DNA from: Perkinsus olseni
Lineage: Eukaryota
DNA length: 64,000 bases
NCBI GenBank assembly: GCA_013115125.1
Contig: JABANN010000022.1
Coordinates: 1-64,000 of the forward strand
Direction: 5' to 3'
Positions 1 to 12,860 of the stretch are shown here, in pieces. A program made the position numbers and the translations under genes. How positions within the stretch are numbered: position 1 is the stretch's first letter; each line of letters begins with the position of its first letter. Under the pieces are notes generated by a model, which was given only the letters and a program-made list of their open reading frames with translations, was not told the DNA's origin and made no database searches.

Positions 1-172
1 CGGTTTAATGGATTCTAATGCTTCGCGGATGCGAAATTGGCGTAGTGGTAGGGGCGCCTGTTATCAAGTGGATGACCCGAGATCGATCCCAACAGTAAGC
101 TAATAGGAAAGGAGTGGCCAGAGTCGTCAACCAGGAGAAAGTCGCGCGCGGACCGCGCGGGAAATTTTTTTA

Positions 173-203
173 TCATTATTTTTGCGCGGCGCAAAAATAA
201 TGA
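173..203. repeat. Perfect 15-bp inverted repeat with 1-nt spacer
   Basis: TCATTATTTTTGCGC (173-187), G, GCGCAAAAATAATGA (189-203). A smaller palindrome CGCGCGG-A-CCGCGCG lies at 145-159. Confidence 0.9.
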
Positions 204-1756
204 CTAAGCTGTGACACTGCAGATAATAATAAACCACATAATTTATCCTTACATGTTAATGTTACTTGTTAATGGCATGCATAGGACGCACACTATTTTG
301 CACCTACTCTCTTTCGGGGGGAGGAAGCTGTTACAAATAGCGTGCGCCCAACCAATCTATTGCATTTGACGCCATCCACAAGGCTGTCTCGTGTTCCAGT
401 TCATGCACGCATGTACATAATTTCCTGTCCCGAGTGGAGCAGTGTGAGCTAAAGTGTGAGCGTAAATCCCTCCCCGATTCATCCTCGCTCAGTCTTTCAG
501 ATTGTATCAATCTCCACTGTCGCTGTCGAATGGGACGCGCGGATTTCGAACAGTAGGGCGAAATTGCATCTTGCGCACTTGCATACACCTAGGCTTCCTT
601 CATACACCCAGCCGCTGTGTGGGGGTAATTCAGTGCCCCACACCGATGTAAAACATAGTTTGAAAGCTTAATTACTTGATAACTACAGATAACTGTGTTT
701 GCGTGTTCAATAGTCAGGGATGAGATCACTTCTGGGAGCACCCCTGAGGCCGACCTTTTGAACGCGTGCTGGCAGACTTCGCTCATGTTAGCGCTCTCGA
801 GTCTCAGGAGAAGGTCTTTTGAAGTTCAAGGAGGCCGAGTTTAGTCGGAGTGCTCAATAATTGAACACTCCGGCTGAACTCGGCTAAGGCGGGGCAAGAC
901 ATAGTTGGGAAAGCCCATGAGTCTGTTGGTATCAGAAGCTCGGGAAGTGGCAAATAGACAGAAATATACAGCACGTCGCAGTGCTTAAACAGCAATTTTT
1001 GTGCACGAGTAGAGCTGAGCGCGCAAGGCGAGAACTCCTACACCATTGAGGCTTCCATGCTTCCTTACACGTCAGCCATGGAAACTGGCCCTACTATTCT
1101 CCGGCCAGTCACAATCGGCTCTCTGGATGGCAGGGATTGGCTGGAGTAAGAGGTTTCGGGGCATCGTGAGAACTTGAGGACTTTCCAGCCGTTAACCGAA
1201 CCGTTAGGATTCGAAAGAATAGGGGATTCTACTCCTTCCCTCGACCAGTTGATGGAGACCTGATGGAGCCATTTTGTTGAGCTTCAGGTGCTTCGATCGG
1301 TCATCGAACCGCTGGTATCATTATAACCAAAGAAGTGGTGAAGTTCTCTGGTGGAACGATGGGCATCATCAGGCTGAACAAAACTCGAACTTGCGGTAGA
1401 GAACAACTGTAGTTTATCTCTCTCTGTTCGCAGCGTCAGTTCACTCCGTAGTCTCGGAATGTGGAAACCGAGTATTTCGAGCGCCCAGATACAGAAAGGC
1501 ATCATCCCCTTCCCGCCGCATGAACGCAGAACCGCCAGGGAACTCTCCCCACAACGCTACGAGACCATCACATCGGTGAGCCGAGCAAGCTTTCGAGCTC
1601 ACTTGCGTCGCCAGTCACCGGCCACCAGCGTACGACCAAGCGTAGATGAGACAGGAGAACTCGAAACTACTCCAACCATTGACATGGCTGAGTGTTCCGA
1701 CGCATCAACTATACCATTCAGAAACCTATTTGGCGGATAAGGCTTTCTATGCCTAT

Positions 1757-1785
1757 AGCTATATATAGGCTGCCTATATATAGCT
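1757..1785. repeat. Perfect 14-bp inverted repeat with 1-nt spacer
   Basis: AGCTATATATAGGC (1757-1770), T, GCCTATATATAGCT (1772-1785). Confidence 0.9.
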
Positions 1786-1838
1786 TATCTAGAAGGTATA
1801 TCGCTCTGACGAATGATACTGTTTTCGAATGGTCTTCC

Positions 1839-3429
1839 ATGGAGCAGCGATCGGTGAGGTGAAGTCATCTTGTGTAGGACTCCATATTGGTATGGTGATA
1901 GTAGTTCATCCTCCGGTAGCGAGTACGACGATGAGGAAGACGTCCTGCCATGGCAGTGCCATGACAACTCAGGCTCTAGCGTAAGGTTGGCAACGATCCG
2001 TCATCTCGGTTCGAGGCCTGTGTGCATTACCCAATGGCGACAGCCCCTCGGTCTTCAGATGAGCTCATCGGGGCGCCGCCGCGGGAAACCCTTCTCAATT
2101 TCCCACCGTGTGACAAAGTTGACATCGGCCTTGAAATTGCAGCTCAAACGGTGGCTACGGTACGTCAGGTGTGCGTTAGAGGAGCTCCCAGAGTACGTCC
2201 TGAAGCATCTACACGCACACTGTCCCAGCCCGTCGTGTTTCGATCAGGGATCCTCCGCGAAAAAGCCCGAAAACTGATTCGGTGCTGGAAGATGCTTTTG
2301 AGAATGCGGCGTATTTCGGACGGAGGGCCGTAGCCGTCGTCAAAGCGACCGTGAAGTTCTCCGTTGATGTAGGTTGTGTGCTCTCCGTGCCTCGAAAGAA
2401 CCCTCTAACCCGTAGAAAAACGAATGCCATGAACGGCTTTGCAACGCTGAGGCTCCAACAGGAGGCGTGGGGTGGCGCAATAGTCCTTTATAACAAGAAC
2501 GCCGATTCGCTTTTGGATTCACGAGCTCTGGAAGTCGTCGGGCCCCTAAAGATCGCGCTCTTCACATTCAGGTTGTGAGTGGTTCAGCCTACTTCAAGCA
2601 TACCCTGGTTGATCTTGAGAGGGGTTTGCGTAGGAGAAGGAAAGTTCCGCGACAGAGAGAAGTGGCGGAGGCGCTGGAAGGCCATCGTGTATTCGCGATC
2701 GGCCGAGCGAGGAGCACGTCCTTTCCGTCAGAGGACAATCAGTTTATTGCGACAGAACCACGCACCGATCCCGCGAGTCTTCACCGTAGCCAGAGCGAAA
2801 CAATTTCATCGGGTGGTGTTCCAACGCTCTTCGAGGAGACGCGCACGCTTTTGCGGCAGGGCATGAGGGGTTCACAGAGTGCCTCAGTGAACCGCTCACT
2901 GCCCGGGTCGGTAGCATCGGACTCGTCCCGAGAGCCTTCGGATGTTAGTGATCATGATGAGCTTGGGGAATACAGCGAGTATCCTGGAGGCCAAGCTTCA
3001 ACCGAGGCTCCGTGGCGTCATCCCTGGGAAAGTAGATTGCAATTTTCGCCAAGGTCGGGCTCCTGTTCGGATCAAGATGGCTACGATGATGCTCGGCGGC
3101 ACAGGGGCGGGGCTGTTGTCCCGCTCGATGACGAGCCTTTGGAACTCACCCATGGCGATGGGAGCAGTGGCTGGTCGCCGTTAACTGAAGAGCGATACGC
3201 TGTCGTCTATCAGCCGTCAGCGTCGGAGGCACGGCCGCGGTCCAGAGAGGTGAGGTCGTACTAGTGTTGCAGTTTTAGTTTGTCATGCTCAGGGTCCTGT
3301 CGGCCAGGCTGGAGCATCGAGAGAAGATGATCGTCCTCTTGCTACTGCTTCCCGTACCCTTCCCGGTGCCCGCCCACAGCAGCGGTGAGCACGGGGGCTG
3401 CAGATGTTCGCGAGACAACCGACGATTGA
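1839..3429 (+). CDS. Hypothetical multi-exon protein; boundaries approximate
   Basis: Overlapping + strand ORFs (2022-2333, 2282-2578, 2575-3264) can be partly linked by short GT-AG introns. No recognisable domain. Confidence 0.35.
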
Positions 3430-4955
3430 CTTGCGATCTTGCCTAGGTTAAACTGGGCACCTCACCTCGACCCGCCCAGCGAGTTTTGTGTAAAATATTA
3501 TCGAATCCTCATTACCACTTTGTGCCATTGACTTTGTGAGGATGTTCTCGAGCTGATCATCCAGCCGCGTTAACTTGGCCGTCTCGGAGTTGAGCGTTTC
3601 TTGTCCACCTCAGGCGGGGATGCACACCGCTGTTCACGGCTGATGATGAGCTACTGTATTCTGAGGATGCTAGTCTGAGTCTCTTCAAGGGCCTGTCATG
3701 ACACTATTGATGATCTTAATCGGAGGGGCTTTTCGGCTGGTGTCCGGAGTTGTGCTGATGTGTTGCGTTAGTACCTCAACTCCAGCCAAAACCGGTCTCA
3801 TTACGGGATGCCGATCTGTGCGTCCGTTGGTGTCGTCTCGATTTGATTTTCGATCTCAAGGTTTATCACCTTGAGTTCACCTTATCACCCGTTTATCGCC
3901 AAGGTTCATCACGATTTTCACGGTCTCTAGGATTCTCACCTAACCTGCGTCTCTCACGCTGTTCAAGCCGCCACGCTGTCCTTCCACCTTTCGATGTGAG
4001 CCGGTGGCTCTCATTGTGGTTCATTACGAACTGGCACCCGTGTGGCTTGTTCACGATGCCATCATGACATCATGGCATTGCCATGCTGCAACAGTGTTTC
4101 ACACGCGGTCTCGCTGATGTGATCACCCAGCCCGGCAGGGATGGAACGTCGCATCTAAGAAGGATGCGTCCGCGCTGGGGGACCTCCCCTGCGGCAGCGT
4201 TGTCGGCACCGGTTTAGTACACTCCTCCGAGATGCCCGCCCCGCCTCGTGGCTCCTCCGCTTCTTCTTACCTGCAACTGCTACACCGCGATATCGAAGTC
4301 ACGACGCGGAAGCTGGAGCTAGAGCGTCGACGTTTGGGTGACTCTCGCTCCTAGGCCACTCCTCGCTACGCCCCGGGTAACTTGCTAACGCTGACAACGC
4401 TCGGGCGTTCTTCAGGGAAACTGTTCGAGGATTTCTCTCGGGCCCGAGCTGAGTTCGATGACAAAGTTCTGCCCTCGAAGAAACAGAAAACCGAACAGGA
4501 CATGTAGAGAGCTCATACTCGCTAGCTTGATTTATGCAGAGTTAAGATACCGAGAGAAAGCCATGGCGAATGATACATCGCCGGGGTCTAGCGGCTACAA
4601 CACGTAGGCTTCACAGGAAGCCACGGTCGTCAACTGACTCTCTTCAGTCGAGTCAAGGAAATACTGCAGAGTTGCTCACCCGGTGCAATGAGGTCGCTTG
4701 AAAGCCGGTGAGCAGCCTTTGAGCGACTTCAAAGCATGACCAAAAGTCATGAAAGGGTATGGTCAGAATAAGCAAGTCTACTGCTAAGCTGAACACTATG
4801 AATGATAACGTACGCGAGATGAGGCATAGAATTGATGACTTACGGATGGAGAAAGTGCATGTCTATGACGCCCTCCAGAAGAGCATTGACGAGGCAAGGC
4901 ATCATCTTACCATTGACACCGATTAAGTATTTCTCTGTGTACTCTCTCGTCATGA

Positions 4956-7270
4956 TTGGTCGCCCGCACCACAGCCTCCTTCGCGGCGTCGCAGGTCAAA
5001 TCTATCACCGCTTCCCTGTCTGAGGTCAGTGCTGCCTTCGAGTCGGACAGGAAAGCAACTGCCGACTGTCAACGAAAACTATCCGAGTTGACAGCCGCTA
5101 AGGACTCTGAGAAGCGAGCCTTCAGGGAGGAAGTTCGTGGTGAGCAACATCTCGGCGTGCCATTTCGAATACCAGCTCCGTAGCGTTTCTGCCATGTTCT
5201 TGGCCAAAGTTTCATGAAACTGTCGAAGGCAATGAATCGCAGATATCAAGAAGCAGATCACAGACAGCAGTCGCGAGAGCCACGAGTGGGAGATACAGAA
5301 CAGTCGCGACGTTCTCAGACAAAGGCCTAGCGTCAACCCCTCGGACAGCCAAGGTGAACATGTTCGGACTATAGCTGATTTCTTTCCTTATGAACAGTCA
5401 GCAGGTGACCGTCGTAGCGTCGTGCGTTTTGCCTCCTCATCTGCAAGGGAGACGATGCTGGTGAGCGGGAATGCATGTCAATTCCGCGCACTGTTGGGCG
5501 TCAGACAGGATACACCAGCGCTTCTGAAGAGGGGACCTTCTCCGAGATGAATACTATGAAAAGTGTGTCGATGGGCAGCCGGGACGAGGATGAATCTGAG
5601 CTCAGGGATCTTGAAGCTGGCCTTTCTGAACTCTATACAGAGAAGGCATATTCGGCAGCATAAGAGGAATAGCGAAGTCTTCGAAGAGGTGCGCACACAA
5701 ATGCGCACCGGGGCCGACTTGCAAGCTTCTTCCCGCGTAGTCTGTTGATTGCTGCGTCACTTCAACCACGGGCGTTTGTCGAAACCTGCTCGTTATATCC
5801 GGGGATGAAAGCGATGCGAAAACTTGTGCTCGGCCTTTTGAGGGCTGAGTATTCTCTAGCGATGGTGAATGTCACTTTTATCAGGCCTTTCGTACAATAA
5901 AGCAGGCCACTGGGATCACAGAAGTCGCAGAGATAGTGAGGATCTTTGTCAAACTCGAGGAACAGAACTTCGGGTGAGTACAGCTGCGTTGGTCGAGTCA
6001 AAAGACCTTGCTGCTCTCCTAGATTGGCGACCTACTCGAATACGCTGTCACAAGATATCGAGGGGTGGGTGAAAGAGAATGGGAAGCTGAAGAAGGCCCT
6101 GGGCATGCATCACGCCAGAGTTGCAGGCGACATTCAGAAGAGGCAGCGAGTACGAGCGTCGATAGAGAAGCCTGTCGTCTTCCCCCATGGAGGGGTCTAG
6201 TGATATGCGCTCTCAGGACTGAGAAAACCTGCTCGGCCAATATGCTAGCGGGGTGTCCGTGATGTGATGGAGCACCATTCCATCGTTCAGGCACTGGCGG
6301 GACTCAGCAGGGATATTGATGAAAAGAAGGAAGGAGCTCAGAGCAATTCTAAAGCCCTGGGGAATATCCTAACCGTCGTCATCGATAAGGCTCTGTCAAC
6401 TGCTAGAGAGATAGCCAAGGCTCTTCACAAAGAGGTGAGCTGTCGCCGAGTTATCAAACCGGGCGAAGGCTACTGGCAAGTTCAGTCTCTCAGCGTCGAG
6501 GTCTCGGCGATCCATCTCGCCTCGAGGAGGATCAGCAGCCACGGTCGCCAAGGAAGAGAGTCGCACAGGATGCTGACTCGGGAATCCACGGTGAGGTCCG
6601 ATAGGGCTAGAAGTTGGTGCTTCAGGAGAAGCGCTCGGTGTCCGACCGCAGATAGGAGAAAAATTGAGCTGCACAATAGTCTTCGGATGTATCCCGAGCA
6701 CATCAGGTGACGGTGATCTACTCCTCAAGTACCTCGACTACATCGAGCGCTCCCTCAGCAGATGGGCTGATGCCATACCCAATTCCGGTATGCCCGCGGG
6801 CGAGCGACCCTTCGGATACATGCTGGCTGTAAGGGGCCATCGTGGCTGATGTCGCCAGCCTTTGCTGTAGGTGCCGATGTCTGCAAGATCTTCCCCTCCC
6901 TCGGCCCGTTCCGGAATGTAAATGGTCTTTCGCTGCTACCATCTCGATGAGTCAGACCCTGTGTAGAGCAAGAGAAGGAACACCGCTAGTCCGCACTGGG
7001 GAGCTGCCGGTGGCTCGCCTGACGCGTCCGGCGATCCAAGCACCAGCTTTGGCACAGAGACGCAAGTCTGGAAGTGAGGGGGAGATCGTTTCTATCTGAG
7101 GCTCATATGTCGCTAGCAGTTGACGAGACGGCACGCGGCCGATCACGCTAGGTACTGTCCGGTCGGATTATTCCTCTAGCGATGAGGACAAAATCGCCAA
7201 TCTCGATCGACCATGCAGCTTGACTGACTTGAGGAAGAAGGCAAAAGCCTCCATTGAGAGGAGACGTGAG
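4956..7270 (+). CDS. Hypothetical coiled-coil protein, multi-exon, possibly a degenerate pseudogene
   Basis: Series of charged helical exon-like segments (KATADCQRKLSELTAAKDSEKRAFREE; SQDIEGWVKENGKLKKAL; LSRDIDEKKEGAQSNSKAL) flanked by GT/AG. Some segments contain stops (e.g. 5661-5663). No full model could be built. Confidence 0.3.
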
Positions 7271-7309
7271 TTGGCTTTCTACCGTGCCTGCGTACTGAGA
7301 TCATAGACC

Positions 7310-8325
7310 ATGGATCCCCGGCTGACGGTGGTTTCCCCTCCTAAAGTGTCAGGTCGCAGTAGTCACTCCAACGTCTCGTGTCTTTTTGTGGACCAATGTT
7401 CGCCTGTCGGAAACCCCTTCATTGCAGGTCAGCGCCGGAGGGAGAAGAAAGTTTCCTACTTCACTGAGGCCTCCATGGACTCCGCGGCGTCTCACTCCCT
7501 CGGGTAATCCGTCTTGGTCACCGCTGTAACCCCGTGCTCTGCGGTCTACATAGTCATCTCCACCGGATTTCTTTCACGCAGTTACGATGAGTTTGTCGCT
7601 CCGATGACATCCGCCGATAAAAGTGTTACACAAGACGTGAGTTCCCGACTTGGCGGTGTCCTTACCGCCACTGTCACTCGCTATAGCCGCGTATCTTCGA
7701 TTCTTGTCGTATCAGGTTCCCCCGATGACGAGCACTCGAGCTTTTCTGGCCATGGAGCGTAAGCGGTGCTGTGCTTCACCGGCAATCTCGTCTAGTCCCC
7801 TGCGTTCTGTTATCCGCTTTTTAGGAGAAGAGATCCCCGCCGACGAAATTGAGAAGCTCTTCTTGTCCCGGTTGGTGCACTGCGGGATGGCCCAGTGCAT
7901 GAAAGAGCAGATACATGAGCCCAGCCGAACTCACTGATAAGGCAGAAGAGATGAAAATTAGTTTGAACAATTTATGCCACTTGAAGCGAGTGAGCTCGTT
8001 TTCGAGTTTGGGATGCATGTTGAAGATGATTCGTCCCCGCAGGTGTTCGACAAATACGATGCTGACCGATCGGGAAGCATCGAGTTCGATGAACTGAAGA
8101 GGCTCTTGGTAGCTCTCGGCGAGGAGCTTACGGAAGAAGAGATAGGCATGGCACGCGCAGGGCTGGATGCGGATAAATCTGGGAAGGTGGAATTTTTCGA
8201 TTTCGTGAGTTGACGCGTATTTGTGCACTCATGATCTTTGAGATCTTCAGGTGAAGTGGTTCGCGTCGCTGAAGGTTGATGATGTCGATGTCGAGGGTGA
8301 GAGCTCCAGCAGCGATATCAGCTGA
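7310..8325 (+). CDS. Calmodulin-like EF-hand protein, multi-exon; 5' end uncertain
   Basis: Exon 8043-8204 encodes VFDKYDADRSGSIEFDELKRLLVALGEELTEEEIGMARAGLDADKSGKVEFFDF (two EF loops), spliced to exon 8251-8325 VKWFASLKVDDVDVEGESSSSDIS*. Confidence 0.75.
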
Positions 8326-9526
8326 TGGCACAGCTTTCATGATTTTCATGAGAATGTGACTTTCAACCATAACGGATCTCGTGTTCTGAGCGGAAATGAT
8401 GCGTGCACGGGGCTTTAGCAGCTTAGCTTGGTGATGCCCTGCGAGCGGGAAGACTTCTCGGAAAAAGTAAGCGCGTTAAGTTACGAGTTGGAGACGATCA
8501 CACAATCGGATGAGCCTGCATCAAACGCGCTGCGTGGGGTGGCTAGCTAGTGGCCAAATCAGGTTTCGGAGAACCACGATGGGACATAAGGTCGATAGTT
8601 TCATTTCGGCTCTAGCTCAGCACACCCACACCTGCGTCTGAGGTTGGCGCCGCCGCTGTCTCGCAGCTCCGTCACGCCTTCGACTTTCCAGTGGTGCCTT
8701 GCTAGCCGGAGCTCGATGAGGTTAAAGCCAGAGCTGCGACTGTTGCCCAACTTTCATAGTTATGGCCGAGTCTCGCTTACTAACACCCAGTGCACATTCC
8801 AGTCCTGCTTGACAGTCGCGCGTGGACTGGAATGAACCACTTTCATAATTCTTCGGCATCAGCGGGTTACGAAGCAGCGGGGTTCAATATCTGGTAGTCC
8901 CTGTGTTCGCCACCTCAGGTCTGCATTGATCGATTGGATGTAGTCAGCTCTCAGATGATGGGCCGATGCATTAGGTGCTGTTGTAATCCTCAAGGCATGA
9001 TCATGGCCTGTTGGCGAGGCTGATCGCAGAGCTAAAGATGCAGTCCGATAGGCCCATCGCTGGAAGCAGCGCTTCTCTCGTCGCGCTCGAGGAATCTACC
9101 AGGGCCTGGGCTCCTGAGGCTTCTTCGATGGCATAGCTAGTGTAGGGTGCTCCCGTACCACCAACAAGACAGATGCACTCGTTAATGAAGAGAATCGCAG
9201 ACAATGGAGCGGGATGACGAAATATGATGCAACCACGACTCTCGCGAAATAACGAGACGTCGTACTGATACGACTGAAGCATTTATACTCATACAGGAGC
9301 GTATGACATGGCGCAACGCGGCGAAGCCGCGCATGCCGAAAAATTGGAACATGATTGTTAGACATATTTATGAAGAGTACAAGTTGTGCTGAAGAGTATT
9401 TATCAGTGACCTTGCAGTGCACTGTAAGGCAAATCGTCCCAGTCTGTGACTCACAGACCACAGGTCGGAGATGAATCCCGCTTGATATGACGACAGAATG
9501 TTCCGCTACATGATGCTTGTGGAACC

Positions 9527-10786
9527 TCAGAAATGGACGACGGCGCCATAAACACCCATCGCCATCACTACAAGCCCGATAACGCTGAGCAACACGAACA
9601 GAAGGAGTTCCCATTTTGCAGCGGGCATCTGCTTCCGTCTTTTGATCTTAACGTGGCACGCCACTGGAAAGAAGATTGCGTACTGAGTCACACAGAAGGC
9701 ACCGATTAAGCTGACAAGACTACTGACCTTGGGAACGACTATGGCGATTAATCCCTCAAGTATGACGAGACACGTTCGACCGACGAGAAAGGCGACCTTG
9801 GACTGAAAGTCGGACCACCGCCTCCTTTCACCAACACTAGCGCACAGAGCGTCAAGCTGCTTCGCTGTAGGCGTGAACAGCACGAGGAAATGCGATAGGA
9901 CGACCATGAGTATCACAAGACTGATGAGCCAACCGAAGACGGTGAGAGGCTGTCCTGGTGGAGATATTGCGTCTGCGATCGTGTCCGCTTTGGATAGAGA
10001 CTGGCCATAAGCTGCGTAGCCGAGCTCCATAGCGGTTAGGTACACGCCAGTGCAAAAGATCATCGCGACAGCCAACGACTTCGGAAAATCTAAGGGATCG
10101 TTCATATTGTAGCACACCGTGGGAGTCGTTGCGCTTATACCGTAAGCATAAAAGTAGGTCGCGAATATCGATAGGAAATCGATAGCACTGCGAGGTCCGA
10201 CTACGACATCTTCACCGACACCATCTGTGATCAACTTGTTGGCCGAGGCGGCGACCATGACGATTACCATAAGTGAGGCAGAAACGACACCAACAGCCGC
10301 GACGACACCGACATTCTTGACCTCTTTCATCCAAGATAGGGGTATGCCTACGACCGTCCAGAGCGCGATCCAGACGCGCTTGTCAAGAGCGTGAGCCATC
10401 GCTTCACATGTGGATGCCAGTAATAAGAGCATCACGGAACACGCTGTACCGAGTGTGACGTGGAGCACACACCCGAGGTAAATCGAGCCACCGATGCCGA
10501 AAGCAGCTCCGGCAGCTTGCTCATAGCACCTGACCACCTCACCTTTGCCTTCGGCGGCGAGACGGAGAGTTCGCCACAGCAGATGGTTATTGTAAAATAC
10601 GATGGTCGCGGCCACGGTCAGGCCGATGAGCCCGCCGAGCCAGCCGGAATGAGTGGCGGTGCCCGGCAGCGCCAGAATTCCGATTCCAACGGCGGTCATC
10701 GTTAGTGTGCAAGCCCCTCTAAACCAGCCAATGCCAGATGACTTGCCGCGGGCATCAGCACGAGGAGGTTTGGCAGGATCACTCAT
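9527..10786 (-). CDS. Amino acid transporter, AAAP/Aa_trans family (copy 1), intronless, 419 aa
   Basis: Many hydrophobic helices. Motifs VGIGILALP..T..SGWLGG, YEQAAGAAFG, LGYAAYG, LVSLIGAF, FFPVACH. Confidence 0.93.
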   Translation of the reverse strand: MSDPAKPPRADARGKSSGIGWFRGACTLTMTAVGIGILALPGTATHSGWLGGLIGLTVAATIVFYNNHLLWRTLRLAAEGKGEVVRCYEQAAGAAFGIGGSIYLGCVLHVTLGTACSVMLLLLASTCEAMAHALDKRVWIALWTVVGIPLSWMKEVKNVGVVAAVGVVSASLMVIVMVAASANKLITDGVGEDVVVGPRSAIDFLSIFATYFYAYGISATTPTVCYNMNDPLDFPKSLAVAMIFCTGVYLTAMELGYAAYGQSLSKADTIADAISPPGQPLTVFGWLISLVILMVVLSHFLVLFTPTAKQLDALCASVGERRRWSDFQSKVAFLVGRTCLVILEGLIAIVVPKVSSLVSLIGAFCVTQYAIFFPVACHVKIKRRKQMPAAKWELLLFVLLSVIGLVVMAMGVYGAVVHF

Positions 10787-10798
10787 ACGCTAACGCAG

Positions 10799-10810
10799 GG
10801 GAATCTGACA
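10799..10810 (-). promoter_or_regulatory. Shared upstream motif TGTCAGATTCCC; candidate splice or trans-splice acceptor
   Basis: Identical 12-mer upstream of AAAP copy 1 (10799-10810) and copy 3 (14575-14586). Variant TCAGATTTCCC upstream of copy 2 (12427-12437). Confidence 0.45.
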
Positions 10811-11155
10811 CACTCTTCGCAGAATAACTCGGCAAAACTCCGACACTGACAGTAAAAGCTTCAGACTGCATTGTAGCAACCAGACAGACTAAAAACGTGG
10901 AAGTGGTTAAGTATCATAAACCCTAAAAACTCGATGAAATTACGTGGACTGATTAACCCCGTGTACAAGAGGCACAAATCAGCGGAGCGAAGCCTCGGTT
11001 GCCGAGGGCGTGTAAGCCACGGCAAGTAGGGCGAGGAGAAGCTTCGCCGAGAAAGTTGCCATGACGTGTTGACCAAGATGACGCGTGAAAGGTGTATCGA
11101 CGGCTACCCAATTCCTTTAACTTGAATGTGCCGAATGAGCACTGCTGACCGAATC

Positions 11156-12415
11156 TCAGAATCGGGTAACAGCGCCGTACAGGCCCGTCACCATCACAAC
11201 GAATCCGATCGCAACGAGAAATACTTGAAGAAGTATCTCCCATCGCGAAGCCGACAACTGACGTTGTTTTCTCAACTTATGGTAGCACGCAACTGGGAAG
11301 AAGATTGTGAACTGAATCATACAGAAAGCACCGATGAGGCTGACAATATTACTGACCTTGGGGACGACTATGGCGATGAATCCTTCGAGTACGACGAGGC
11401 AAGTCCGAGCGACCAGACAGAGCAGCTTGGACTGGAAGGCGGACCATTGCCTCTTATCGCCAACACTTACGCTTACCACGTCAAGCTGCTTTGCCGTAGG
11501 AGTGAACATTACCAGGTAATGCGGCAACATGACAATAAGTACCGCAAGATTTATGAGCCACCCGAATACATCGAGAGGTTCACCACTTGGGGATATGGCG
11601 TTCACGATTGTATCGACGTTCGACAGGAACTGACCATAGCCTACGTAGCCAAGCTCCATGACGGTCACGTAGACAAATGCGATGAAGATCATCGCGACGA
11701 TCAGCGTTTTAGGGAATTCCATGGGATTGTTCATATGGTAGCACACCGTAGGCGTCGAGGCGGCAAAACCGTTGACGAAGAAGTAGGTGGCCAGGGTCGA
11801 CAAGAAATCGATAGCACTTCGGGGTCCGACTATGAGATCTTGAGGGATGCCATCAGCGACCATTCTGTCGGCCGAAGCAGCAATTATAACAATAACCATA
11901 GTCGAAGCAGACAGGACGCCAACAGCCGCGACAAAGCCAACATCCTTGATCTCTTTTATCCACGAGAAAGGTATGCCTACGAGCGTCCAGAGAGCAATCC
12001 AGGTACGCTTATCGAGAACGTGAGTCATGGACTGACATGTAGATCCCATGAGGATGAGCATCGCGCAACACACTGAACCGAGGGTTATGTGGATAATGAA
12101 CCCGATGTAGATCGAGGCAGCGTTGCCGAAAGAAGCTCGCCCAGCTTGCTCGTAGGACCTGACTACTTGGCATTCGCCTTCAGCGGCGAGGCGGAGAGTT
12201 CGCCAGAGAAGGAGGTTGCAGTAGAAGACGATGGTTGCGGCAATAACGAAGCCGATGATACACCCAAGCCAGCCGGAGCGAGGGCCCGTGCCCGGTAGCG
12301 CCAGAATACCGACTCCAACACAGCTCATCACTATGGTACAGGCGGCTCTAAACCACCCCAGCCCCTTCAGCGGGCTCGGAGCATCAGAGAGGGAGGATTT
12401 GGACGGAGAATTCAT
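11156..12415 (-). CDS. Amino acid transporter, AAAP/Aa_trans family (copy 2), intronless, 419 aa
   Basis: Collinear paralogue of copy 1. ATG at 12415 (MNSPSKSS...) gives 1260 nt, identical in length to copy 1. Confidence 0.93.
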   Translation of the reverse strand: MNSPSKSSLSDAPSPLKGLGWFRAACTIVMSCVGVGILALPGTGPRSGWLGCIIGFVIAATIVFYCNLLLWRTLRLAAEGECQVVRSYEQAGRASFGNAASIYIGFIIHITLGSVCCAMLILMGSTCQSMTHVLDKRTWIALWTLVGIPFSWIKEIKDVGFVAAVGVLSASTMVIVIIAASADRMVADGIPQDLIVGPRSAIDFLSTLATYFFVNGFAASTPTVCYHMNNPMEFPKTLIVAMIFIAFVYVTVMELGYVGYGQFLSNVDTIVNAISPSGEPLDVFGWLINLAVLIVMLPHYLVMFTPTAKQLDVVSVSVGDKRQWSAFQSKLLCLVARTCLVVLEGFIAIVVPKVSNIVSLIGAFCMIQFTIFFPVACYHKLRKQRQLSASRWEILLQVFLVAIGFVVMVTGLYGAVTRF

Positions 12416-12724
12416 GATCCAACACCGGGAAATCTGAGGCGGCAAGTGCCGGACAGTCATCCACGGTAAAAACCCAAGTTCATGGATTCCCAACAGAGGA
12501 ACGAACAATCCGTAAGAATGTCCGAGTGAGTCCCGAGTTCCAGAGGCATGGCGCTGAGAACCAACAGGCGCAGTGTGATCAGCACTGCCGAGAGCGCCTT
12601 GACAAATATATCGAATCCCCTTGGCTATGACGATCAGCTACACTTATCAGGAGCTCATGAACAGGGGCTACAGTCGTCCTCACTGCTTCAGTCACACGAT
12701 GCAGTTGTCACAGCCTGAATAGTA

Positions 12725-12860
12725 GAATCAGCACCACTAGAGCGCTGAAGCTTCTAAGGCGGAGCATTCTCGCAGTGAACACTTTCACAGTCCACACTAT
12801 GCATGAAAGTCCCCCATGACCAAGGCGGTGGGGGTGTGCGGGACGAGAAATGTGAAACCA
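12725..12860 (-). pseudogene. Degenerate fragment of an AAAP transporter gene, closest to copy 3
   Basis: 12814-12860 ccatgaccaaggcggtgggggtgtgcgggacgagaaa-tgtgaaacca aligns with 13559-13606 ccatggccaacgcggtgggggtgtagagaacgagaaaatgtgaaacca. 12725-12771 aligns with 13463-13506. Contains a frameshifting indel. Confidence 0.75.

Noticed and set aside
11126-12076. 316-aa + strand His/Asp-rich ORF
   Set aside because: Antisense mirror of hydrophobic AAAP copy 2 codons; not conserved as an ORF in copies 1 and 3.
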